This document shows, in pieces, positions 52,236 to 64,000 of a stretch of DNA of 64,000 nucleotides. The position numbers were made by a program, and so were the translations under genes. This stretch comes from Eledone cirrhosa (lineage: Eukaryota), in assembly GCA_964016885.1 (NCBI GenBank), contig OZ024741.1:208630001-208694000 (forward strand). Reading direction: 5' to 3'. The notes under the pieces were generated by a model. The model was given only the letters and a program-made list of their open reading frames with translations, was not told the origin of the DNA and did not search any database. Within the stretch, counting starts at the first letter, position 1. Every line of letters starts with the position of its first letter.

Positions 52236-55200
52236 ATGACCACTACAACCAACAACTCCACTTCGCAGAACTACCACCATCACCACTACAACCAACACCA
52301 CCACTTCCCAGAACTACCACCATCACCACTACAACCAACACTACCACTACACAGAACTACCACCATCACCACTACAACCAACACCACCACTTCCCAGAAC
52401 TGCCACCATCACCACTACAACCAACACCACCACTTCCCAGAACTACCACCATCACCACTACAACCAACAACTCCACTTCGCAGAACTACCACCATCACCA
52501 CTACAACCAACACTACCACTACACAGAACTACCACCATCACCACTACAACCACCACCACCACTTCCCAGAACAACCACTATCACCACTACAACCAACACC
52601 ACCACTTCCCAGAACTACAACCAACACCACCACTACCCAGATCTACCACCATCACCACTACAACCACCACCACCACTTCCCAGAACTACCACTATCACCA
52701 CTACAACCAACACCACCACTTCCCAGAACTACCACCATCATCACTATAACCAACACCACCACTTCCCAGAACTACCACCATCAACACTACAACCACCATC
52801 ACCACTACAACCAATACCACCACTTCCCAGAACTGCCACCATCACCACTACAACCAACACCACCACTACCCAGATCTACCACCATCACCACTACAACTAC
52901 CACCACCACTTCCCAGAACTACCACCATCACCACCACCACCATCAACACCACAACCAGCACAACCACTTCCCAGAACTACTACCATCATCACTACAACAA
53001 ACACCACCACTTCCCAGAACTACCACCATCACCACTATAACCAACACCACCACTACCCAGAACTACCAGCATCACCACTACAACCAACACCACCACTACC
53101 CAGAACTACCACCATCACCGCTACAACCACCACCACCACTTCCCAGAACTACCACTATCACCACTACAACCAACACCACCACTTCCCAGAACTACCACCA
53201 TCACCACTACAACCAACACCAACACTACCCAGATCTTCCACCATCACCACTACAACCACCACCACCACTTCCCAGAACTACCACTATCAGCACTACAACC
53301 AACACCACCACTTCCCAGAACTACCACCATCACCACTACAACCAACACCACCACTACCCAGAACTACCACCATCACTGCTACAACCACCACCACCAATTA
53401 CAAGAACTACCACCATCACCGCTACAACCACCACGACCACTACCCAGAACTACCACCATCACCGCTACAACCACCACCACCACTTGCCAGAACTACCACC
53501 ATCACCACCACAACTACCACCACCACTTCCCAGAACTACCACCATCATCACTACAACCAACACCACCACTACCCAGAACTACCACCATCACCGCTACAAG
53601 CACCACCACCACTTCCCAGAACTACCACCATCACCACTACAACTACCACCACCACTTCCCAGAACTACTACCATCACCACTACAACCAACACCACCACTA
53701 CCCAGATCTACCACCATCACCACTACAACCACCACCACCACTTCCCAGAACTACCACTATCACCACTACAACCAACACCACCACTTCCCAGAACTACCAC
53801 CATCACCACTACAACCAACACCACCACTACCCAGATCTACCACCATCACCACTACAACCACCATCACCACTTCCCAGAACTACCACTATCACCACTACAA
53901 CCAACACCACCACTTCCCAGAACTACCACCATCACCACTACAACCAACACCACCACTACCCAGAACTACCACCATCACCACTACAACCAACACCACCACT
54001 ACCCAGATCTACCACCATCACCACTACAACCTCCACCACCACTTCCCAGAACTACCACTATCACCACTACAACCAACACCACCACTTCCCAGAACTACCA
54101 CCATCACCACTGCAACCAACACCACCACTTCCCAGAACTACCACCACCACCACTACAACCAACACCACCACTTCCCAGAACCGCCACCATCACCACTACA
54201 ACCAACATCTCCACTTCGCAGAACTACCACCATTACCACTACAACCACCACCACCACTTCCCAGAACCGCCACCATCACCACTACAACCAACATCTCCAC
54301 TTCCCAGAACTACCACCATCACCACTACAACCAACATCTCCACTTCGCAGAACTACCACCATCACCACTACAACCAACACTACCACTACACAGAACTACC
54401 ACCATCACCACTACAACCACCACCACCACTTCCCAGAACTACCACTATCACCACTACAACCAACACCACCACTTCCCAGAACTACAACCAACACCACCAC
54501 TACCCAGATCTACCACCATCACCACTACAACCACCAACACCACTTCCCAGAACTACCACTATCACCACTACAACCAACACCACCACTTCCCAGAACTACC
54601 ACCATCATCACTACAACCAACACCACCACTTCCCAGGACTACCACCATCAACACTACAAACAGCATCACCACTACAACCAACACCACCCCTACCCAGAAC
54701 TACCACCATCACCGCTACAACCACCACCACCACTTCCCAGAACTACCACCATCACCACTACAACTACCACCACCACTTCCCAGAACTACCACTATCAGCA
54801 CTACAACCAACACCACCACTTCCCAGAACTACCACCATCACCACTACAACCAACACCACCACTACCCAGAACTACCACCATCACTGCTACAACCACCACC
54901 ACCAATTACAAGAACTACCACCATCACCGCTACAACCACCACGACCACTACCCAGAACTACCACCATCACCGCTACAACCACCACCACCACTTGCCAGAA
55001 CTACCACCATCACCACTACAACTACCACCACCACTTCCCAGAACTACCACCATCATCACTACAACCAACACCACCACTACCCAGAACTACCACCATCACC
55101 GCTACAACCACCACCACCACTTCCCAGAACTACCACCATCACCACTACAACTACCACCACCACTTCCCAGAACTACTACCATCACCACTACAACCAACAC

Positions 55201-58200
55201 CACCACTACCCAGATCTACCACCATCACCACTACAACCACCACCACCACTTCCCAGAACTACCACTATCACCACTACAACCAACACCACCACTTCCCAGA
55301 ACTACCACCATCACCACTACAACCAACACCACCACTACCCAGATCTACCACCATCACCACTACAACCACCACCACCACTTCCCAGAACTACCACTATCAC
55401 CACTACAACCAACACCACCACTTCCCAGAACTACCACCATCACCACTACAACCAACACCACCACTACCCAGAACTACCACCATCACCACTACAACCAACA
55501 CCACCACTACCCAGATCTACCACCATCACCACTACAACCTCCACCACCACTTCCCAGAACTACCACTATCACCACTACAACCAACACCACCACTTCCCAG
55601 AACTACCACCATCACCACTGCAACCAACACCACCACTTCCCAGAACTACCACCATCACCACTACAACCAACACCACCACTTCCCAGAACCGCCACCATCA
55701 CCACTACAACCAACATCTCCACTTCGCAGAACTACCACCATCACCACTACAACCAACACCACCACTTCCCAGAACCGCCACCATCACCACTACAACCAAC
55801 ATCTCCACTTCACAGAACTACCACCATCACCACTACAACCAACATCTCCACTTCGCAGAACTACCACCATCACCACTACAACCAACACTACCACTACACA
55901 GAACTACCACCATCACCACTACAACCACCACCACCACTTCCCAGAACTACCACTATCACCACTACAACCAACACCACCACTTCCCAGAACTACAACCAAC
56001 ACCACCACTACCCAGATCTACCACCATCACCACTACAACCACCAACACCACTTCCCAGAACTACCACCATCATCACTACAACCAACACCACCACTTCCCA
56101 GGACTACCACCATCAACACTACAAACAGCATCACCACTACAACCAACACCACCCCTACCCAGAACTACCACCATCACCGCTACAACCACCACCACCACTT
56201 CCCAGAACTACCACCATCACCACTACAACTACCACCACCACTTCCCAGAACTACCACTATCAGCACTACAACCAACACCACCACTTCCCAGAACTACCAC
56301 CATCACCACTGCAACCAACACCACCACTTCCCAGAACTACCACCATCACCACTACAACCAACACCACCACTTCCCAGAACCGCCACCATCACCACTACAA
56401 CCAACATCTCCACTTCGCAGAACTACCACCATCACCACTACAACCAACACCACCACTTCCCAGAACCGCCACCATCACCACTACAACCAACATCTCCACT
56501 TCACCGAACTACCACCATCACCACTACAACCAACATCTCCACTTCGCAGAACTACCACCATCACCACTACAACCACCACCACCACTTCCCAGAACTACCA
56601 CTATCACCACTACAACCAACACCACCACTTCCCAGAACTACAACCAACACCACCACTACCCAGATCTACCACCATCACCACTACAACCACCAACACCACT
56701 TCCCAGAACTACCACCATCATCACTACAACCAACACCACCACTTCCCAGGACTACCACCATCAACACTACAAACAGCATCACCACTACAACCAACACCAC
56801 CCCTACCCAGAACTACCACCATCACCGCTACAACCACCACCACCACTTCCCAGAACTACCACCATCACCACTACAACTACCACCACCACTTCCCAGAACT
56901 ACCACTATCAGCACTACAACCAACACCACCACTTCCCAGAACTACCACCATCACCACTACAACCAACACCACCACTACCCAGAACTACCACCATCACTGC
57001 TACAACCACCACCACCAATTACAAGAACTACCACCATCACCGCTACAACCACCACGACCACTAACCAGAACTACCACCATCACCGCTACAACCACCACCA
57101 CCACTTGCCAGAACTACCACCATCACCACTACAACTACCACCACCACTTCCCAGAACTACCACCATCATCACTACAAGCAACACCACCACTACCCAGAAC
57201 TACCACCATCACCGCTACAACCACCACCACCACTTCCCAGAACTACCACCATCACCACTACAACTACCACCACCACTTCCCAGAACTACTACCATCACCA
57301 CTACAACCAACACCACCACTACCCAGATCTACCACCATCACCACTACAACCACCACCACCACTTCCCAGAACTACCACTATCACCACTACAACCAACACC
57401 ACCACTTCCCAGAACTACCACCATCACCACTACAACCAACACCACCACTACCCAGATCTACCACCATCACCACTACAACCACCACCACCACTTCCCAGAA
57501 CTACCACTATCACCACTACAACCAACACCACCACTTCCCAGAACTACCACCATCACCACTACAACCAACACCACCACTACCCAGAACTACCACCATCACC
57601 ACTACAACCAACACCACCACTACCCAGATCTACCACCATCATCACTACAACCTCCACCACCACTTCCCAGAACTACCACTATCACCACTACAACCAACAC
57701 CACCACTTCCCAGAACTACCACCATCACCACTGCAACCAACACCACCACTTCCCAGAACTACCACCATCACCACTACAACCAACACCACCACTTCCCAGA
57801 ACCGCCACCATCACCACTACAACCAACATCTCCACTTCGCAGAACTACCACCATCACCACTACAACCAACACCACCACTTCCCAGAACCGCCACCATCAC
57901 CACTACAACCAACATCTCCACTTCCCAGAACTACCACCATCACCACTACAACCAACATCTCCACTTCGCAGAACTACCACCATCACCACTACAACCACCA
58001 CCACCACTTCCCAGAACTACCACTATCACCACTACAACCAACACCACCACTTCCCAGAACTACAACCAACACCACCACTACCCAGATCTACCACCATCAC
58101 CACTACAACCACCAACACCACTTCCCAGAACTACCACTATCACCACTACAACCACCACCACCACTTCCCAGAACTACTACCATCACCACTACAACCAACA

Positions 58201-61200
58201 CCACCACTACCCAGAACTACCACCATCACCACTACAACCAACACCACCACTACCCAGAACTACCACCATCACCACTACAAACAACACCACCACTACCCAG
58301 ATCTACCACCATCACCACTACAACCTCCACCACCACTTCCCAGAACTACCACTATCACCACTACAACCAACACCACCACTTCCCAGAACTACCACCATCA
58401 CCACTGCAACCAACACCACCACTTCCCAGAACTACCACCATCACCACTACAACCAACACCACCACTTCCCAGAACCGCCACCATCACCACTACAACCAAC
58501 ATCTCCACTTCGCAGAACTACCACCATCACCACTACAACCAACACCACCACTTCCCAGAACTACCACCATCACCACTACAACCAACACCACCACTTCCCA
58601 GAACCGCCACCATCACCACTACAACCAACATCTCCACTTCGCAGAACTACCACCATCACCACTACAACCAACACCACCACTTCCCAGAACCGCCACCATC
58701 ACCACTACAACCAACATCTCCACTTCCCAGAACTACCACCATCACCACTACAACCAACATCTCCACTACACAGAACTACCACCATCACCACTACAACCAC
58801 CACCACCACTTCCCAGAACTACCACTATCACCACTACAACCAACACCACCACTTCCCAGAACTACAACCAACACCACCACTACCCAGATCTACCACCATC
58901 ACCACTACAACCACCAACACCACTTCCCAGAACTACCACTATCACCACTACAACCACCACCACCACTTCCCAGAACTACCACTATCACCACTACAACCAA
59001 CACCACCACTTCCCAGAACTACCACCATCACCACTACAACCAACACCACCACTACCCAGAACTACCACCATCACCACTACAACCAACACCACCACTACCC
59101 AGATCTACCACCATCACCACTACAACCTCCACCACCACTTCCCAGAACTACCACTATCACCACTACAACCAACACCACCACTTCCCAGAACTACCACCAT
59201 CACCACTGCAACCAACACCACCACTTCCCAGAACTACCACCATCACCACTACAACCAACACCACCACTTCCCAGAACCGCCACCATCACCACTACAACCA
59301 ACATCTCCACTTCGCAGAACTACCACCATCAACCCTACAACCAACACCACCACTTCCCAGAACCGCCACCATCACCACTACAACCAACATCTCCACTTCC
59401 CAGAACTACCACCATCACCACTACAACCAACATCTCCACTTCGCAGAACTACCACCATCACCACTACAACCAACACTACCACTACACAGAACTACCACCA
59501 TCACCACTACAACCACCACCATCACCACTACAACTACCACCACCACTTCCCAGAACTACCACTATCAGCACTACAACCAACACCACCACTTCCCAGAACT
59601 ACCACCATCACCACTACAACCAACACCACCACTACCCAGAACTACCACCATCACTGCTACAACCACCACCACCAATTACAAGAACTACCACCATCACCGC
59701 TACAACCACCACGACCACTACCCAGAACTACCACCATCACCGCTACAACCACCACCACCACTTGCCAGAACTACCACCATCACCACTACAACTACCACCA
59801 CCACTTCCCAGAACTACCACCATCATCACTACAACCAACACCACCACTACCCAGAACTACCACCATCACCGCTACAACCACCACCACCACTTCCCAGAAC
59901 TACCACCATCACCACTACAACTACCACCACCACTTCCCAGAACTACTACCATCACCACTACAACCAACACCACCACTACCCAGATCTACCACCATCACCA
60001 CTACAACCACCACCACCACTTCCCAGAACTACCACCATCACCACTACAACCAACACCACCACTACCCAGAACTACCACCATCACCACTACAACCAACACC
60101 ACCACTTCCCAGAACCGCCACCATCACCACTACAACCAACATCTCCACTTCGCAGAACTACCACCATCACCACTACAACCAACACCACCACTTCCCAGAA
60201 CCGCCACCATCACCACTACAACCAACATCTCCACTTCACAGAACTACCACCATCACCACTACAACCAACATCTCCACTTCGCAGAACTACCACCATCACC
60301 ACTACAACCAAAACTACCACTACACAGAACTACCACCATCACCACTACAACCACCACCACCACTTCCCAGAACTACCACTATCACCACTACAACCAACAC
60401 CACCACTTCCCAGAACTACAACCAACACCACCACTACCCAGATCTACCACCATCACCACTACAACCACCAACACCACTTCCCAGAACTACCACCATCATC
60501 ACTACAACCAACACCACCACTTCCCAGGACTACCACCATCAACACTACAAACAGCATCACCACTACAACCAACACCACCCCTACCCAGAACTACCACCAT
60601 CACCGCTACAACCACCACCACCACTTCCCAGAACTACCACCATCACCACTACAACTACCACCACCACTTCCCAGAACTACCACTATCAGCACTACAACCA
60701 ACACCACCACTTCCCAGAACTACCACCATCACCACTGCAACCAACACCACCACTTCCCAGAACTACCACCATCACCACTACAACCAACACCACCACTTCC
60801 CAGAACCGCCACCATCACCACTACAACCAACATCTCCACTTCGCAGAACTACCACCATCACCACTACAACCAACACCACCACTTCCCAGAACCGCCACCA
60901 TCACCACTACAACCAACATCTCCACTTCACAGAACTACCACCATCACCACTACAACCAACATCTCCACTTCGCAGAACTACCACCATCACCACTACAACC
61001 AACACTACCACTACACAGAACTACCACCATCACCACTACAACCACCACCACCACTTCCCAGAACTACCACTATCACCACTACAACCAACACCACCACTTC
61101 CCAGAACTACAACCAACACCACCACTACCCAGATCTACCACCATCACCACTACAACCACCAACACCACTTCCCAGAACTACCACCATAATCACTACAACC

Positions 61201-64000
61201 AACACCACCACTTCCCAGGACTACCACCATCAACACTACAAACAGCATCACCACTACAACCAACACCACCCCTACCCAGAACTACCACCATCACCGCTAC
61301 AACCACCACCACCACTTCCCAGAACTACCACCATCACCACTACAACTACCACCACCACTTCCCAGAACTACCACTATCAGCACTACAACCAACACCACCA
61401 CTTCCCAGAACTACCACCATCACCACTACAACCAACACCACCACTACCCAGAACTACCACCATCACTGCTACAACCACCACCACCAATTACAAGAACTAC
61501 CACCATCACCGCTACAACCACCACGACCACTAACCAGAACTACCACCATCACCGCTACAACCACCACCACCACTTGCCAGAACTACCACCATCACCACTA
61601 CAACTACCACCACCACTTCCCAGAACTACCACCATCATCACTACAAGCAACACCACCACTACCCAGAACTACCACCATCACCGCTACAACCACCACCACC
61701 ACTTCCCAGAACTACCACCATCACCACTACAACTACCACCACCACTTCCCAGAACTACTACCATCACCACTACAACCAACACCACCACTACCCAGATCTA
61801 CCACCATCACCACTACAACCACCACCACCACTTCCCAGAACTACCACTATCACCACTACAACCAACACCACCACTTCCCAGAACTACCACCATCACCACT
61901 ACAACCAACACCACCACTACCCAGATCTACCACCATCACCACTACAACCACCACCACCACTTCCCAGAACTACCACTATCACCACTACAACCAACACCAC
62001 CACTTCCCAGAACTACCACCATCACCACTACAACCAACACCACCACTACCCAGAACTACCACCATCACCACTACAACCAACACCACCACTACCCAGATCT
62101 ACCACCATCATCACTACAACCTCCACCACCACTTCCCAGAACTACCACTATCACCACTACAACCAACACCACCACTTCCCAGAACTACCACCATCACCAC
62201 TGCAACCAACACCACCACTTCCCAGAACTACCACCATCACCACTACAACCAACACCACCACTTCCCAGAACCGCCACCATCACCACTACAACCAACATCT
62301 CCACTTCGCAGAACTACCACCATCACCACTACAACCAACACCACCACTTCCCAGAACCGCCACCATCACCACTACAACCAACATCTCCACTTCCCAGAAC
62401 TACCACCATCACCACTACAACCAACATCTCCACTTCGCAGAACTACCACCATCACCACTACAACCAACACTACCACTACACAGAACTACCACCATCACCA
62501 CTACAACCACCACCACCACTTCCCAGAACTACCACTATCACCACTACAACCAACACCACCACTTCCCAGAACTACAACCAACACCACCACTACCCAGATC
62601 TACCACCATCACCACTACAACCACCAACACCACTTCCCAGAACTACCACTATCACCACTACAACCACCACCACCACTTCCCAGAACTACCACTATCACCA
62701 CTACAACCAACACCACCACTTCCCAGAACTACCACCATCACCACTACAACCAACACCACCACTACCCAGAACTACCACCATCACCACTACAACCAACACC
62801 ACCACTACCCAGATCTACCACCATCACCACTACAACCTCCACCACCACTTCCCAGAACTACCACTATCACCACTACAACCAACACCACCACTTCCCAGAA
62901 CTACCACCATCACCACTGCAACCAACACCACCACTTCCCAGAACTACCACCATCACCACTACAACCAACACCACCACTTCCCAGAACCGCCACCATCACC
63001 ACTACAACCAACATCTCCACTTCGCAGAACTACCACCATCACCACTACAACCAACACCACCACTTCCCAGAACCGCCACCATCACCACTACAACCAACAT
63101 CTCCACTTCCCAGAACTACCACCATCACCACTACAACCAACATCTCCACTTCGCAGAACTACCACCATCACCACTACAACCAACACTACCACTACACAGA
63201 ACTACCACCATCACCACTACAACCACCACCACCACTTCCCAGAACTACCTCTATCACCACTACAACCAACACCACCACTTCCCAGAACTACAACCAACAC
63301 CACCACTACCCAGATCTACCACCATCACCACTACAACCACCAACACCACTTCCCAGAACTACCACTATCACCACTACAACCAACACCACCACTTCCCAGA
63401 ACTACCACCATCATCACTACAACCAACACCACCACTTCCCAGGACTACCACCATCAACACTACAAACAGCATCACCACTACAACCAACACCACCCCTACC
63501 CAGAACTACCACCATCACCGCTACAACCACCACCACCACTTCCCAGAACTACCACCATCACCACTACAACTACCACCACCACTTCCCAGAACTACTACCA
63601 TCACCACTACAACCAACACCACCACTACCCAGATCTACCACCATCACCACTACAACCACCACCACCACTTCCCAGAACTACCACCATCACCACTACAATC
63701 AACACCACCACTTCCCAGAACTACCACCATCACCACTACAACCAACACCACCACTACCCAGATCTACCACCATCACCACTACAACCTCCACCACCACTTC
63801 CCAGAACTACCACTATCACCACTACAACCAACACCACCACTTCCCAGAACTACCACCATCACCACTGCAACCAACACCACCACTTGCCAGAACTACCACC
63901 ATCACCACTACAACCAACACCAGCACTTCCCAGAACTACCACCATCACCACTACAACCAACACCACCACTTCCCAGAACTACCACCATCACCACTACAAC
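52236..64000 (+). other. ATG-initiated stop-free frame (about 3,920 codons, open at window end) through the repeat; coding status unsupported
   Basis: ATG at 52236. The downstream + strand stops I found (TGA 52237; TAA 52747, 53038, 57062, 61187, 61531) all fall in the other two frames. The confidence value refers to this being a real gene. Confidence 0.08.
53300..64000. repeat. Distinct array subfamily domain with variable 1.5-2.7-kb higher-order units
   Basis: Domain-specific variants are GAACCGCC, AACATCTCC, CTTGCCAG, AATTACAAG (53396, 54904, 57017, 59674, 61486) and CAGGACTAC...AAACAGCATC. Confidence 0.88.

Larger units (their letters stand above)
1..64000. repeat. 43-bp tandem satellite/minisatellite array, about 1,500 head-to-tail monomers, running off both window ends
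   Basis: The anchor (T/A)CCCAGA(A/T)CTAC recurs every 43 bp throughout. Consensus CCAGAACTACCACCATCACCACTACAACCAACACCACCACTTC. All copies have the same orientation, with recurrent length variants of 28, 46 and 58 bp and no unique intervening sequence seen. Confidence 0.99.

Noticed and set aside
54992-57064. 690-aa Pro/Thr/His-rich ORF
   Set aside because: It starts at a TTG that is a repeat SNP (CTTCCC to CTTGCC). It is pure translated satellite with no unique domain or signal peptide, and stop-free frames are the default on this strand.
59762-61189. 475-aa Pro/Thr/His-rich ORF
   Set aside because: It is a duplicate of the previous ORF start and ends at a private TAA variant. Same artefact.
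6260-63800. Recurrent AGATCT palindrome (BglII site) as a regulatory motif
   Set aside because: It is a two-base variant of AGAACT/AGAACTAC-type monomers spread by block duplication. It is useful as a marker but there is no evidence of function.
1-64000. Giant mucin PTS, extensin-like or histidine-rich protein exon
   Set aside because: The unit length is not a multiple of 3 and there is no conserved 129-bp phase. There are many stop variants left of 52 kb and scattered 1-bp deletions (near 797, 3775, 13993, 24130, 28732, 51373). No flanking domains are present.
1-64000. CRISPR array or repeat-plus-variable-cassette system (constant CCCAGAACTAC anchor with variable interval)
   Set aside because: The intervals are homologous near-copies of one consensus rather than unique spacers. 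No palindromic repeat, leader, cas, recombinase or reverse transcriptase gene is present.
1-64000. Telomerase-synthesised telomeric repeat
   Set aside because: It has C-rich/G-rich strand bias but no canonical motif such as CCCTAA. Kilobase-scale inherited variant patterns indicate recombinational amplification rather than templated addition.

Overview
The whole 64-kb window is one uninterrupted head-to-tail tandem array (satellite/minisatellite) of a 43-bp unit, consensus CCAGAACTACCACCATCACCACTACAACCAACACCACCACTTC (21 C, 16 A, 5 T, 1 G), roughly 1,500 copies. I found no unique sequence, inversion, recognisable gene, RNA gene, transposon or CRISPR spacer. The unit has a 15+15+13 internal substructure built from CAC-like triplets plus one extra C. 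The + strand consensus is therefore stop-free in all frames, and three units translate into a cyclic 43-aa Pro/Thr/His peptide, which explains the supplied ORFs. Rare variant monomers mark nested higher-order duplications (periods 215, 632, 1928/2315, 2166, 2975 and 4754 bp, plus dispersed block copies about 3.1, 6.5-6.7, 9.8 and 19.8 kb apart) and a left-to-right turnover of variant subfamilies. The only + strand ATG I found (52236, context CCACCATG) opens a frame that appears stop-free for about 3,900 codons to the window end; this is most likely chance but is testable. All offsets were read by eye and block boundaries are approximate. The organism cannot be identified from this sequence; a eukaryotic origin is an inference.
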